This document shows positions 26,167 through 36,902 of a stretch of DNA of 64,000 bases, in pieces. The DNA lies in NCBI GenBank assembly GCA_018900835.1, contig JAHIFQ010000009.1:1624-65623 (forward strand), read 5' to 3'. Source of the stretch: Patescibacteria group bacterium (GTDB lineage Bacteria; Patescibacteriota; Minisyncoccia; Minisyncoccales; PEYH01). A model generated the notes under the pieces. It did not search any database, was not told the origin of the DNA, and saw only the letters and a list, made by a program, of their open reading frames with translations. The stretch's first letter is position 1. Every line of letters starts with the position of its first letter. A program made the translations under genes and the position numbers.

Positions 26167-28010
26167 TTCTTCTTCCTGCTGATTTTGAGGATTTTTTCAA
26201 TTTCTTCTCTTTCCAGAGTTTCTTTTTCCATCAATTCCTTAGATAATTTTTCCAAAAGGTTCTTTTTTGCTTTTAGGACTTTTATTGCTAAAGCGCTTGC
26301 TTCTTTGATTATTTTTGATACTTCTTCGTCTATTTGTTCAGCTATTTTTTCAGAGTAATTTCTTTCTTCGCCGAAGTCCTTTCCCAAAAACTGAAGTTCG
26401 TTTCTTTCTCCGAAAACAATGGGTCCGAGTTTCTCTGACATGCCATAGTCCTTCACTAATCTCCGCGCCAATTCAGAGGCGATTTTCAGGTCATTGCTTG
26501 CGCCTGTGCTCACCTCCTTGAATTTCATCTTCTCTGTGAAGTATCCTCCGAGCAATGTAGCTATGTCTGCCAAGAAATCAGATTTTGCCTTAATGCTTTT
26601 TTCCTCTATCGGCGATTTAATAGTATATCCTGCCGCCATTCCTCTTGAAACAATAGAAACCTTTCTTACCGGTTCTCCTTTGTCGGTAAATGATGCGACT
26701 ATTGCGTGGCCTGCTTCATGATAGGCAGAAATTTTCTTTTCCCTTGGCGACAAGACATGGCTCTTCCTTTCAGGCCCTAAAAGAACTTTTTCAATTGATT
26801 CTGTCAGTTCTGCTTGGTCTATTTGGTGCTTGTTCCTCCTAGCAGCCAAGATTGCTGCTTCGTTTAAAAGATTTTCCAAATCAGCCCCGGAAAAACCAGG
26901 AGTCCTTTCCGCTATTTCTCTTAAATGGGTGTTTTTCGCCAATGGTTTGCCTCTGGTGTGGATTTTAAGGATTGCCTCTCTGTCTTCTATGCTGGGTAGA
27001 TTTAAGATAACCTGTCTGTCAAATCTGCCTGGTCTTAAAAGTGCAGGGTCCAAAATGTCCGGGCGATTGGTTGCAGCGATTATAATGGTTTTTGAGTCCC
27101 TTTCAAATCCATCCATTTCAACAAGTATCTGATTCAATGTTTGTTCTCTCTCATCATGCCCACCACCCATTCCCATTCCTCTTGTCCTGCCAATAGCGTC
27201 TAATTCATCAATAAAGATAATCGCTTTATTGTGTTTTTTCGCTTCCTGAAATAATGACCTTACTCTTCCGCTTCCTACGCCAACGAATAATTCTATAAAC
27301 TCGGAACCAGCCACAGAAAAAAACGGAACATTGCTCTCGCCTGCGGTTGCTCTTGCCAATAGTGTTTTGCCGCATCCCGGTGGGCCTAATAGCAAAACGC
27401 CTCTTGGAATTTTTGCACCCATATCCAGGAATTTTTTAGGGGTCTTTAAAAATTCAACAATTTCTTTCAATTCTTCTTTTGCTTCTTTTAGTCCAGCCAC
27501 ATCCTCAAAGTTTATCTTTTGTTTTGGATGACCCTCTGCGCCAAAAACACGAGCTCTTGCCTTGGAAAAATTAAATGTTTGCATTGCTCCCATTTTTGCC
27601 TGTTTCGCAAACGACCAAAAGAATAAGCCGAAGATTAATAAAGGAACGGCGAATAACATTATTGAGCCAATTTGTCCCCAGCCCGCCTTGGGCTCCTGAA
27701 CAACCATATTGACCTTTTCCAATTTTTCTTTTTCAACACCGTAATTAGCCAGAGATTCTGAAAGAGCTAATTCAGTTTCTTTTCTGCTTTGCCCCTGACT
27801 GTTGTCGTTATATGTGACGAGAATATCATTTCCAACAACCACAATTTCTTTAACTTTTTCTTGAGCTATTTCTTGGCTAAGTTGGCTTATGGAAATTTCT
27901 TTTTCAACATCAGGGGTTGGAGAAAGAATGGCAAAAACCACTGATATGCCTAAAAAAATCAGTACAATAACAAAAAAGTTCTTCGCTAAGTTTTGCGTTG
28001 CTTTTTTCAT
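26157..28010 (-). CDS. ftsH: ATP-dependent zinc metalloprotease FtsH
   Basis: Two TMs, AAA+ Walker [12 protein letters not shown], Walker [13 protein letters not shown], zinc site HEAGHAIV. Confidence 0.95.
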   Translation of the reverse strand: MKKATQNLAKNFFVIVLIFLGISVVFAILSPTPDVEKEISISQLSQEIAQEKVKEIVVVGNDILVTYNDNSQGQSRKETELALSESLANYGVEKEKLEKVNMVVQEPKAGWGQIGSIMLFAVPLLIFGLFFWSFAKQAKMGAMQTFNFSKARARVFGAEGHPKQKINFEDVAGLKEAKEELKEIVEFLKTPKKFLDMGAKIPRGVLLLGPPGCGKTLLARATAGESNVPFFSVAGSEFIELFVGVGSGRVRSLFQEAKKHNKAIIFIDELDAIGRTRGMGMGGGHDEREQTLNQILVEMDGFERDSKTIIIAATNRPDILDPALLRPGRFDRQVILNLPSIEDREAILKIHTRGKPLAKNTHLREIAERTPGFSGADLENLLNEAAILAARRNKHQIDQAELTESIEKVLLGPERKSHVLSPREKKISAYHEAGHAIVASFTDKGEPVRKVSIVSRGMAAGYTIKSPIEEKSIKAKSDFLADIATLLGGYFTEKMKFKEVSTGASNDLKIASELARRLVKDYGMSEKLGPIVFGERNELQFLGKDFGEERNYSEKIAEQIDEEVSKIIKEASALAIKVLKAKKNLLEKLSKELMEKETLEREEIEKILKISRKKKGT

Positions 28011-28046
28011 TATTTTTTTGTTTATAAATACAGGACTATGTCTATT

Positions 28047-29168
28047 CTAACCGTTTTTCAGGCGTAAGCCCATACGATGAGTGTCTATATCAAGGGCGAT
28101 GATTTCAAACTTATATTTTTTGCCCTTTTGTAGAGATTCTTTTTCCTTATCTTGGTTGTTGAATTCCGAGAGATGGATCAATCCCCTGATTTTTGGTTCA
28201 ATTTCAATAAATGCTCCTAATTGATTTATTTTTACCACTTCTCCTTCTATAATATCATTTTTCTTGTATTTTTTATCTATATCTTTCCAAGGGTCTTCTT
28301 TTAATGCTTTTAGGGATAGCGAGACCCTTCCGTCTTGGGATATTTCAGTAATTTTTGCCTTAATTATATCTCCAACCTTAACCACATCAGAGACATTGTC
28401 TATCAATTGCCAATCAAGCTCAGATATGTGAATAAGTCCTTCAGCTTGAATTTTTTCCAGCTTTAGTTCTTCCGCCCCGCTCTCTTTTAGCAATGGAAAT
28501 TTTATAAATGCGCCGAAATCGGCAAGTCCGGTAATTTTTCCTTCCACTATATCGTTGACCTTGTATTGTTCTAAAAGTTCGTTTATTGCCTTTGAGGTAA
28601 CCGCTTTTTCAGAAAAGATGAGTTTGTTTTCCTGCGGAGAAACATCAATAATTTTCACCTCTAATTGCTGGCCCACTAATTTTTGCAGATGTTTCAGTAT
28701 TTCATTTGAGTCCCCGTCCTTAACCCGTGGATAATTTTTAATTGAGAGCTGTGAGAGAGGGAGGAATCCCTTTATCCCTTCCATTTCAGCCAGAAGTCCG
28801 CCTTTATTTGCTCCCGCGATATCAACCATAACTGTCTGGGATGCTTTCTCGGTTTCTTTCAGAGTTTCCCAGCTCACCTCTTTTTGGGCGTCGGTAAGCG
28901 ATAGCTCCAAATAACCATCTTCGTTATCTACTTCCACAATCTTTGCCTTTATTAGCGCCTCGGGCTGTAGTCGTTTTATTATATCTTTGGCTGCGTAATA
29001 TTCTTTTCCATAAATTACGCCCACGCCAACAGGGCCCAAATCAACATAAACAGCAAAATGTCCGGCTCCGATAATCTTGCCCTCTATTGTCTGCCCCTTT
29101 TTCGGAGGAGTGGCAATATTTTGCAATTCATCTTTTGGCTGAATTGTTTTTTCAATTATTTTAGTCAT
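28047..29168 (-). CDS. rpsA: 30S ribosomal protein S1 (four S1 domains)
   Basis: Repeated S1/OB motifs (G.I..G.V..I...G.FV.L). 373 aa. Confidence 0.85.
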   Translation of the reverse strand: MTKIIEKTIQPKDELQNIATPPKKGQTIEGKIIGAGHFAVYVDLGPVGVGVIYGKEYYAAKDIIKRLQPEALIKAKIVEVDNEDGYLELSLTDAQKEVSWETLKETEKASQTVMVDIAGANKGGLLAEMEGIKGFLPLSQLSIKNYPRVKDGDSNEILKHLQKLVGQQLEVKIIDVSPQENKLIFSEKAVTSKAINELLEQYKVNDIVEGKITGLADFGAFIKFPLLKESGAEELKLEKIQAEGLIHISELDWQLIDNVSDVVKVGDIIKAKITEISQDGRVSLSLKALKEDPWKDIDKKYKKNDIIEGEVVKINQLGAFIEIEPKIRGLIHLSEFNNQDKEKESLQKGKKYKFEIIALDIDTHRMGLRLKNG

Positions 29169-29215
29169 AGTAAAATAAAGGGTAGCATAAAAGCCTGTTC
29201 ATATCAATAGGAAGG

Positions 29216-29244
29216 TTGAGTTTGTCTTTACTAAATGTTATAAT
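29216..29244 (+). promoter_or_regulatory. Putative promoter with extended -10
   Basis: ttgagt, 17 nt, tgt-tataat. Confidence 0.45.
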
Positions 29245-29283
29245 CATAAAAGATTTAAAAATAATTAAGCGTTTTTGTTTATT

Positions 29284-29937
29284 ATGGATATACTTTGGCA
29301 TGGTCAATCGTGTTTTGAAATAAGGGTGCCCTTGAATCAAAACGAAAAGAAAACGATTGTTATAGACCCGTTTTCGCCGGAGCAGACCGGATTAAAAATG
29401 CCGTCTATCGCGGCAGATGTTTTATTAATCACCCATCAGCATACTGACCACAATAATGTTAAAGCAATAAAAGGCCCTTTGTTTTTAATAGAAGGCCCAG
29501 GAGAATATGAGGTAGGAGGAATATTTATACAAGGCATTCCTGCGTCGCATGGGAGCATGGATAAAGAAAATTTGGGGGGCATCACCATTTATACGATTGA
29601 AGCAGAGGGTATTAAGTTATGTCATTTAAGCGACTTAAATCAAGGCGAACTTTCTTCCGAACAAGTTGAGGCCATAGGAGATATTGATATATTAATGATT
29701 CCCATAGGAGGCACTTACACAATTGACGGAACAATTGCTTCTAAAGTTATTAATCAGATTGAGCCAAAAATAGTAATACCAATGCATTACAAGATACCGG
29801 GTCTGAAAGTGAATTTGAAAGACATTGATAACTTCCTCAAAGCAATGGGGCAAGAAAGCATCGAGCCGCAGTCGTCATTGAAAATAAAAAAGCAAGGATT
29901 GCCAGCGGAAATGAAAATAGTTGTTTTGAAGCCGTAG
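29284..29937 (+). CDS. MBL-fold metal-dependent hydrolase (UPF0173-like)
   Basis: MDILWHGQSCFEI..., HQHTDHNN metal motif. ATG at 29284 preferred over TTG at 29275. Confidence 0.8.
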   Translation: MDILWHGQSCFEIRVPLNQNEKKTIVIDPFSPEQTGLKMPSIAADVLLITHQHTDHNNVKAIKGPLFLIEGPGEYEVGGIFIQGIPASHGSMDKENLGGITIYTIEAEGIKLCHLSDLNQGELSSEQVEAIGDIDILMIPIGGTYTIDGTIASKVINQIEPKIVIPMHYKIPGLKVNLKDIDNFLKAMGQESIEPQSSLKIKKQGLPAEMKIVVLKP

Positions 29938-29940
29938 AAA

Positions 29941-30141
29941 ATGAAATTTTTACAAAAAATTCAATCATTATCTTTGGAAAAAAGAAAAATGGTCTTATGG
30001 GTGTCTGTGGCAATCATAGGATTGATTTTTTTAATCGTGTTTTTAGCAGTAATTGCCTTCAGATTTAAATCATTTGATTTTCAGAATTTTGGGCAACAGC
30101 TCAATATCCCTTCTTTTGAAATTCCTGATTTAAACGAATAA
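29941..30141 (+). CDS. Small single-TM protein
   Basis: 66 aa with [26 protein letters not shown]. No recognisable family. Confidence 0.4.
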   Translation: MKFLQKIQSLSLEKRKMVLWVSVAIIGLIFLIVFLAVIAFRFKSFDFQNFGQQLNIPSFEIPDLNE

Positions 30142-30152
30142 TTTTTACAACT

Positions 30153-32675
30153 ATGCCAAAATCAAAATCAAAACCAGAGCCAGAGCCAGAAGAAAATAAC
30201 AAGGCCAAGAAGACAGACAATGGAGACAATGAAAACGGGTTAGAGAATATAGGATATGTAAAACCCAGAGAAATCTGCGAAGAAATGAAGGAGAGCTATA
30301 TTGATTACGCAATGTCAGTAATTGTTTCTCGAGCATTGCCCGATGTGAGGGATGGGTTGAAACCAGTGCACAGGAGAATTCTTTACGCAATGGGAGAAGA
30401 GGGTCTTTATTACAACGCCAGATTTAGGAAATCAGCAACAGTAGTTGGAGCAGTTCTTGGCAGATATCATCCACACAGCGACGCTGCGGTTTATGATTCT
30501 TTGGTAAGAATGGCGCAGGATTTTTCTTTGAGATATATGCTGGTAAAAGGCCAGGGCAATTTTGGATCAATTGATGCGGATCCTCCAGCCGCTCAAAGAT
30601 ATACAGAGTGTCGGCTTTCAAGGGCGGGGCAGGAGATGTTAAGGGATATAAATAGAGATACTGTTGATTTCATAGACAACTATGACTCAACAAGGAAAGA
30701 ACCGACCGTTTTGCCGTCTCCGCTTCCCCAGCTTCTATTAAACGGCTCATTGGGAATTGCGGTTGGTATGGCGACAAGCATTCCGCCACACAATCTTGTG
30801 GAAACATGCGATGCAGCCATACATTTGATTGATAATCCCGAAGCCACAACCGAGGAATTATTTCAGTTTATAAAAGGACCTGATTTCCCGACAGGTGGCA
30901 TTATCTTTAACCAAAAAGAAATAATTTCTGCTTATGCCCAAGGCAAAGGACCTGTTTTGGTTCAGGGTAAGGCAGATATAGTTGAGGAAAAGAACGGTGG
31001 GTGGAAGATTGTTATCAATGAAATACCTTATCAAGTTAATAAAGCAACATTGGTGGGACAGATAGCCAAGTTGATTCAGGAAAAGAAAATTAAAGGAGTA
31101 AAGGATGCTAGGGACGAATCAGACAGAGATGGTATCAGGATTGTCATAGAATTAAAAAAAGAAGCGTTTCCGCAAAAGGCGCTGAATTGTCTCTATAAGT
31201 CCACTGATTTACAGAAAAAATTCCATCTCAACATGATAGCTCTTGTTGATGGGATTCAGCCAAAAGTTTTGTCTTTATCAGAAATGCTTGGATATTTTTT
31301 AAAGCATCGTCAGGAAGTTGTGTTGCGGAGAACTAAATTTGATTTAACAAAAGCCAAAGAAAGGGAGCATATTCTTTTGGGTTTGGCAAAATGCTTGGCA
31401 AAAATAGACCAAGTCATTGAAACCATTAAGAAATCCAAAAACAGGGATGATGCCAAGAGCAACTTAAAGAAAAAATTTCAACTCACGGACATTCAAGCAG
31501 AGGCAATTTTAGAGACAAAGCTTTCTGCTTTAGCTCGTCTTGAAATACAGAAAATAGAAGATGAGCTTAAAGAGATAAAAGCAAAGATTGAAGAACTATC
31601 TGGAATTGTTAAGAGCCCTGCAAAAGTAAAGGCAGTTGTGAAAAAAGAACTCAAAGAATTGAAAGAGACCTATCCTGAACCACGGAGAACTAAAGTATAT
31701 GTGAAAAAAGCGGAAGAAATATCAGAAGAGGATTTAGTGCCAGAAGAAGAGGTTTTGATTACTCTTACCAATAAGGGATATATCAAGAGAGTGAGCCCGT
31801 CTTCCTATAAGATTCAAAAGAGGGGCGGGAAAGGCATTATGGGCATCAAGGCGCAGGATGATGATTTTGTGGAACATTTCTTTTTAGCAAATACTCTTGA
31901 TAAGATATTGGTCTTTACTGATTCCGGTAAGGTTTTTGCAATGCCTGCTTATGAGATTCCTTCTGCAACAAGGATTTCAAAAGGCAGGGCATTAGTTAAT
32001 TTCTTAGAAATCAGCCAAGAAGACAAGGTTTTAGCAATTTTGCCTCTTGGTAAAAAAGATGACAGCGAACAAATGAAGTATTTAGTCATGGCAACCAAGA
32101 ATGGTATAATCAAAAGAACAGCGCTTGAAGAGTTTCGCAATTTAAGGAGTTCTGGTTTGATAGCGATTCGGCTCAAAAAAGGCGACTCATTAAGGTCTGT
32201 AAAAAAGACGAGCGGAAAAAGTGAAACAATACTTGTGAGCAAACAGGCCCAATCAATCAGATTCAAAGAAGAACAGATAAGACCGATGCAGAGAAGCGCG
32301 GCAGGTAATAAGGGAATGAATCTCAAAAAAGGAGATGAAGTAATTGGAATGGAGGCTATTGAGAAAGACCAAGTTAAGGACTATATTTTAATAATCACTA
32401 GCAAGGGATATGGCAAGAGAAGCGGGGTTTCCTCGTATCGTCAGCAAAGCAGAGGAGGCACAGGAATAATGACAGCCAAGCTCACAGCCAAAACAGGCGA
32501 TTTGGTTAAGGCAGAGATTGTAAAGGGCGACGAAGAGTTGATATTCATTTCAAGAAATGGTCAGGTTTTGAGAACTACTGCCAAAGGAATATCCGCGCTC
32601 GGCAGGGCAACCCAAGGAGTAAGAATAATGCGCTTGGATGAGGGCGATAGCGTAGTTTCATTAATAAAGTTGTAA
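30153..32675 (+). CDS. gyrA: DNA gyrase subunit A
   Basis: [29 protein letters not shown] and the active-site Tyr region [12 protein letters not shown]-terminal beta-pinwheel repeats. Confidence 0.95.
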   Translation: MPKSKSKPEPEPEENNKAKKTDNGDNENGLENIGYVKPREICEEMKESYIDYAMSVIVSRALPDVRDGLKPVHRRILYAMGEEGLYYNARFRKSATVVGAVLGRYHPHSDAAVYDSLVRMAQDFSLRYMLVKGQGNFGSIDADPPAAQRYTECRLSRAGQEMLRDINRDTVDFIDNYDSTRKEPTVLPSPLPQLLLNGSLGIAVGMATSIPPHNLVETCDAAIHLIDNPEATTEELFQFIKGPDFPTGGIIFNQKEIISAYAQGKGPVLVQGKADIVEEKNGGWKIVINEIPYQVNKATLVGQIAKLIQEKKIKGVKDARDESDRDGIRIVIELKKEAFPQKALNCLYKSTDLQKKFHLNMIALVDGIQPKVLSLSEMLGYFLKHRQEVVLRRTKFDLTKAKEREHILLGLAKCLAKIDQVIETIKKSKNRDDAKSNLKKKFQLTDIQAEAILETKLSALARLEIQKIEDELKEIKAKIEELSGIVKSPAKVKAVVKKELKELKETYPEPRRTKVYVKKAEEISEEDLVPEEEVLITLTNKGYIKRVSPSSYKIQKRGGKGIMGIKAQDDDFVEHFFLANTLDKILVFTDSGKVFAMPAYEIPSATRISKGRALVNFLEISQEDKVLAILPLGKKDDSEQMKYLVMATKNGIIKRTALEEFRNLRSSGLIAIRLKKGDSLRSVKKTSGKSETILVSKQAQSIRFKEEQIRPMQRSAAGNKGMNLKKGDEVIGMEAIEKDQVKDYILIITSKGYGKRSGVSSYRQQSRGGTGIMTAKLTAKTGDLVKAEIVKGDEELIFISRNGQVLRTTAKGISALGRATQGVRIMRLDEGDSVVSLIKL

Positions 32676-32685
32676 TATTTAATTT

Positions 32686-33216
32686 TTGAATATGGTTAGT
32701 TTTTTGGAACCGGAAAAAATAATAGAGCAGATCCCTTTAAGTCAGGATTGGCAAACAGCAGAGTTTGGCTGCGGTCCGGGCGGTTTTGCAATTGCTTTAG
32801 CAAGGCGAGTGCCGAAAGGGATGGTTTATGCTTTGGACATCCAAGAAGAACCGCTTTCCGCTTTAATTGGAAGAGCTAAAGGTGTGGGCTTATCGAATAT
32901 TAAAACAATACAATGCGACTTAGAGGAACCCAAGGGCTCTACGCTTAAAGATGAATCAATGGATTTGGTGCTGATAGCAAATGCATTGTTTCAAATAGAA
33001 GACAAAGACGCATTTTTGAAAGAAGCCAAGCGAGTGCTCAAACGAAATGGCAATTTAGTGATAATTGATTGGAATCCGGACTCTCCTTTCGGGCCTGAAG
33101 AAAATAGAGTTTCTCTTGAACAAGCGCACAAAATAGTTAAGTTTATGGACATTAAGCTGGTAAAAGAGTTAGAGACCGGCACCTACCACTGGGGAGCAAT
33201 TTTCGTAAAAATGTAA
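32686..33216 (+). CDS. Class I SAM-dependent methyltransferase
   Basis: Motif I AEFGCGPGGFAIALA, motif II YALDIQ, MDLVLIANALFQ. Confidence 0.8.
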   Translation: MNMVSFLEPEKIIEQIPLSQDWQTAEFGCGPGGFAIALARRVPKGMVYALDIQEEPLSALIGRAKGVGLSNIKTIQCDLEEPKGSTLKDESMDLVLIANALFQIEDKDAFLKEAKRVLKRNGNLVIIDWNPDSPFGPEENRVSLEQAHKIVKFMDIKLVKELETGTYHWGAIFVKM

Positions 33217-33233
33217 TCTCTCGGCAAGGCAAA

Positions 33234-34220
33234 ATGAAAAAAAAGATTATTTTTTTCACACTGATTTTTTTAGGGGTTTTTATAGTTTGTCAATCTGTCT
33301 TCTCTGCGACATCTACCGGCGGTTTTGTCACAGTTAATTTAAATTCTTCTTATTCATATCCGGCTGTGGGAGCTGCGATTACTATAACAGCAGGGGTTAA
33401 TATAAATACAACTCAGTGTGTGATCAATTTTGATGATGGAATAGAGATATCATTGGATTGTTGGGAGGCAAGCGATTGTCTCTCAAATCCCAATTGTACT
33501 TGGTCTGATTCTACTGATCCTACTGACCCCCGCGGTTCCGGAAGTTGTTCTTATTCTTTCAGCCATAGTTACGGGACGAGCGGAGAAAAATTTATTACTT
33601 TTTATTGCATAAATTCAGCAAGCTATGAAGCTGGGGTAGATATTCTTATAGAGGTAGGTGGCACACCACGGCCCTGTGAACCTGATGGGTGTAATAACTA
33701 TTGTCCGCAAAATTGCGATGTAAGCCAAGACTATGATTGCGCTTGTGTCGGCGGAAATGGGTGCTGCGCACCTGGATGCGATTTTACCACTGATAGTGAT
33801 TGTCCTCCTCCACGGCCGTGTTCTCCTATTCAGTGCGACCAAATTTGTCAGCCAAATTGCAATGTCAGCCAAGATTCTGATTGCGGATGCCTTGGAGGGA
33901 ACGGTTGTTGCGCCCCGGGATGCACTATTGCTAATGACAGCGATTGTCCTCCTGTTCCAACCCAGTATGACAATCCCTTAACTTGGAGCGATGTGCCAGA
34001 ACTTTTGCAACAAACCATAGAAACCATTTTTGGTATGTTAATGGCTTTGGCAGTCCTGATTATCATAATTGGTGGTTATGTAATGGTAACTTCTGGCGGG
34101 ATTCCTTTAAGATTTGATAAAGGCAAGAAGATAGTTATCTGGGCATTAATAGGATTTGCCGTATCTGCTGTCTCTCGAGGCATAATCGCTTTAGTGGAAA
34201 TGATTATAGGGAAACAATAG
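33234..34220 (+). CDS. Secreted PKD-like + tandem Cys-rich-module protein with C-terminal two-TM VirB2/TrbC-like pilin module (paralog 1)
   Basis: Signal peptide. INFDDG...SHSYGTSGEKFITF is PKD-like. Two 48-aa modules with 10 Cys each. C-terminal NPLTW...LAVLIIIIGGYVMVTSGGIP...GKKIVIWALIGFAVSAVSRGIIALV. Confidence 0.6.
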   Translation: MKKKIIFFTLIFLGVFIVCQSVFSATSTGGFVTVNLNSSYSYPAVGAAITITAGVNINTTQCVINFDDGIEISLDCWEASDCLSNPNCTWSDSTDPTDPRGSGSCSYSFSHSYGTSGEKFITFYCINSASYEAGVDILIEVGGTPRPCEPDGCNNYCPQNCDVSQDYDCACVGGNGCCAPGCDFTTDSDCPPPRPCSPIQCDQICQPNCNVSQDSDCGCLGGNGCCAPGCTIANDSDCPPVPTQYDNPLTWSDVPELLQQTIETIFGMLMALAVLIIIIGGYVMVTSGGIPLRFDKGKKIVIWALIGFAVSAVSRGIIALVEMIIGKQ

Positions 34221-34226
34221 AAAAAT

Positions 34227-35006
34227 ATGAAAACCAAAAGTAATTTAATAATACTATTTTTCGTAGCGGTTTTTTCTATTTTTATATTATTTTCTACAAC
34301 AAGGGTATATGCTGGAAACCCTTTTCCGCCTGACGATGTAATTGTATCAGCAGACACGGTATTTTTAGGCGATTCAAGTCAGATTCAAGTCACAGTCAAA
34401 GCATATCCTTTGGCATATGCCTGGAAGATAAAGGTGGACTTCGGAGATGGGTCGGGCATTAGAACAAGGGTTTGCTTTATTGATTCAATACTTGGTCAGT
34501 GTACTCTAAATTTTCCGCATCCGTATGGTACTATAGGAAGCTATGCTGTTAAAGTGAATGTTTGTGATAAACAAAATATTACACTATGCAGAACTGGTCG
34601 CGCAACCGCTGTCGTGAATGGTCCTTTTGTCTGTGGGAATAACACACTGGAGCCACCAGGCGAAGAATGTGATGATGGAAATACTGTTTCCGGAGATGGA
34701 TGTAGCCAGAGTTGCAAAATAGAACACCCATCTCCGCCACCTGTTAATAATGATTTGAATCCACTTCAAGCAAATACTTTTGGAGAATTATTTAGAGATA
34801 TTGTTGGCGCGATTTTTTGGATAGCAATAATTTTAGGACCTCTACTGATAATCGCTGGAGGGTTTATGATAATTTTTGCTGGCCTGGATGGGGGCAAAAT
34901 AATCTTGGGCAAGAAAATTATTCTATACACTGCTGTAATTCTTGGTATAATATTGATAATAAAGGCAATGGCTGACTTTTTCGCGCCTGATGTAACTTTT
35001 TTATAA
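34227..35006 (+). CDS. Secreted PKD-like protein with Myxococcus-type Cys-rich repeat and C-terminal VirB2/TrbC-like module (paralog 2)
   Basis: KVDFGDGS...HPYGTIGSYAVKVNV (PKD). CGNNTLEPPGEECDDGNTVSGDGCSQSCKIE (CxxxxxExCDDGNxxxGDGCxxxC repeat). NPLQANTF...GGFMIIFAG...GKKIILYTAVILG. Confidence 0.6.
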   Translation: MKTKSNLIILFFVAVFSIFILFSTTRVYAGNPFPPDDVIVSADTVFLGDSSQIQVTVKAYPLAYAWKIKVDFGDGSGIRTRVCFIDSILGQCTLNFPHPYGTIGSYAVKVNVCDKQNITLCRTGRATAVVNGPFVCGNNTLEPPGEECDDGNTVSGDGCSQSCKIEHPSPPPVNNDLNPLQANTFGELFRDIVGAIFWIAIILGPLLIIAGGFMIIFAGLDGGKIILGKKIILYTAVILGIILIIKAMADFFAPDVTFL

Positions 35007-35010
35007 AATT

Positions 35011-35586
35011 ATGAAAAAAACAACATTAATTTTTCCTTTGATTTTGGTGATTCTTTCCTTATTTATTATCGTTGGCCAAGCGCAAGCGCAAATCACTATT
35101 ACCAATCCATTAACTCCGGGGAATATAGATTTTGACGAAATGCTTATAAGGGTCTTGGGCTGGGTATTCGGGTTTGCGTTAGTTATCGGTGTTTTAATGG
35201 TAATAATAGGTGGCTATATGATGATTGTTTCCTCCGGCGACCCAGAAAGATTTTCCACAGGCAGAAAGACCGTTGTTTATGCTTTGTCTGGTGTTGCCAT
35301 TGTAACTGTGTCAAGAGGAATAATCGCCTTGGTGGGGCAAATACTGCCACAGGGAGTGGATGCTGGAACAGCTCTGTATAATATAATAGTTTATGCCTTT
35401 GGATTTTTAATAGTAATAAGCGTTTTAATGCTTATTATTGCGGCCTTTTTATTCATCACTGGCGGAGGAAATCCGGAACAAACAACAAAAGCAAAGAGGT
35501 GGTTGATATACGCCTTAATCGGATTGACTGTTGCGGTAATCAGTAGGGGGCTGGTAGCGCTTGTTCTGTTAATAGTCACTCCTTGA
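35011..35586 (+). CDS. Secreted protein made of two tandem VirB2/TrbC-like two-TM modules (paralog 3)
   Basis: Signal peptide ending AQA. Module a is NPLTPGN...VIIGGYMMIVSSGDPERFSTGRKTVVYALSGVAIVTVSRGIIALV. Module b is ...LIIAAFLFITGGGNPEQTTKAKRWLIYALIGLTVAVISRGLVALV. Confidence 0.6.
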   Translation: MKKTTLIFPLILVILSLFIIVGQAQAQITITNPLTPGNIDFDEMLIRVLGWVFGFALVIGVLMVIIGGYMMIVSSGDPERFSTGRKTVVYALSGVAIVTVSRGIIALVGQILPQGVDAGTALYNIIVYAFGFLIVISVLMLIIAAFLFITGGGNPEQTTKAKRWLIYALIGLTVAVISRGLVALVLLIVTP

Positions 35587-35625
35587 TGAGAGTATTTAAT
35601 AAAAGTTAAATATAAATTTTAGAAA

Positions 35626-36393
35626 TTGCTTATGAAAAAAAATTGTTTACTTTTTATAATGTTAATCATTTGCGGTTTGTTTTTGGGATTGAGCCAGCAA
35701 GTATGCGCAGCCAATCCGCCGGGCTTTGCGGTTGCGTTTATTTCTGAAATTGGTCCCACTAATATACAAACAGGAGATACTGTTAACGGTACGCTTATTA
35801 TAGAAGCAAGTTGTTATAGTGGTGCGGTTGGCGGCGCGGTATTTTTTAAACCAATAATAAATTTTGGCGAGGCGCCTCCACCTTCGGCAACTGCCCCGGA
35901 CGAGCAATTGGAGGGAGGTCCTTGTGTATGTGTGAACGATAGTAACGATACATCGTTAAAAACAGTAAGATGCAGCTATAATTTTAGCCATACCTACAGT
36001 AGAACCGGCACTTTTGCGGTCATCCCAAAGACCTCATATTCTTCTTTCGGATCTTCTGCCGTAGGTTCAAGTGGAACAGCAGAAACCATTTATGTTACAG
36101 AAACGCCTACGCCAACTCCGCATGGAAACGATATCAATCCATTGGTGGCTACCGGAATCGCAGAGCTCATAAGGCAACTTACTGACAGAATTTTTATATA
36201 TTTTAGTGGTTTAGCGGTCTTGTTCGTAATCATGGGTGGGCTTACTATCATGACAGCAGCTGGAAGCCCAACGCGGGTTATGAAAGGAAAAAAGATTGTT
36301 ATTTTTACTATTGTTGGTTATGCCCTTATTATATTAGCAAGGGCGATTGCGATGCTGATTGTAAGAATTTTAGATATTAATGTTGTGATTTAG
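35626..36393 (+). CDS. Secreted PKD-like protein with TPTPTP linker and C-terminal VirB2/TrbC-like module (paralog 4)
   Basis: CSYNFSHTYSRTGTFAV (PKD-like), ETPTPTPHGNDINPL..., VIMGGLTIMTAAGSPTRVMKGKKIVIFTIVGYALIILARAI. The start may be the second Met (35632). Confidence 0.55.
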   Translation: MLMKKNCLLFIMLIICGLFLGLSQQVCAANPPGFAVAFISEIGPTNIQTGDTVNGTLIIEASCYSGAVGGAVFFKPIINFGEAPPPSATAPDEQLEGGPCVCVNDSNDTSLKTVRCSYNFSHTYSRTGTFAVIPKTSYSSFGSSAVGSSGTAETIYVTETPTPTPHGNDINPLVATGIAELIRQLTDRIFIYFSGLAVLFVIMGGLTIMTAAGSPTRVMKGKKIVIFTIVGYALIILARAIAMLIVRILDINVVI

Positions 36394-36501
36394 CTTCCTG
36401 TGGACAAAATACTTGCTTTTTTACGCTTAAGGATTAAAATAGTATAATAAAACAAAACTTCAAAGGTCGGTTAATTGAAAAAAAATAATCAATAAAAAAC
36501 A

Positions 36502-36876
36502 ATGAACAAGAAAATATTGGGGATAATGAGTTTGGTTGTGATTGGAGGACTATGCTTTGCGCCATATTTGGCTTTAGCAGCACCAACTCCTCCTTCTGTA
36601 GGACTCACGCCAAGCCCAACAGACCCGCCGAATATAGACCCAAATGCATTACTTGCAGTGATAATTAGATATGTATTTGGTTTCATGATAGTCGTAGTAG
36701 TTCTAATGCTTATGATTTCTGCTTATATGTTTGTAACAGCAGGGGGTAGCCCAGAACAAGTAGGAAAAGCAAAAAATTTCCTTATTTATGCCTTAATCGG
36801 ATTAGCTGTTGCTGTTTTAGCCAGAGGATTAGTTGGTATAGTGTTGACTATGCTTTGGGGAGCCTCAACAACATAA
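36502..36876 (+). CDS. Minimal VirB2/TrbC-like pilin-type protein (paralog 5)
   Basis: Signal peptide ..LALAAP, Pro/Thr/Ser linker TPPSVGLTPSPTDPP, then LMLMISAYMFVTAGGSPEQVGKAKNFLIYALIGLAVAVLARGLVGIV. Confidence 0.6.
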   Translation: MNKKILGIMSLVVIGGLCFAPYLALAAPTPPSVGLTPSPTDPPNIDPNALLAVIIRYVFGFMIVVVVLMLMISAYMFVTAGGSPEQVGKAKNFLIYALIGLAVAVLARGLVGIVLTMLWGASTT

Positions 36877-36902
36877 TAAGAGAGTTTTTATCTCTAAATT
36901 AT

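Noticed and set aside
33234-36876. Calling the pilin-module cluster a type IV secretion system
   Set aside because: No VirB4/VirD4 ATPases, VirB6 channel or relaxase lie within the window. Only the pilin-like module is supported, so it is reported as an orphan family.
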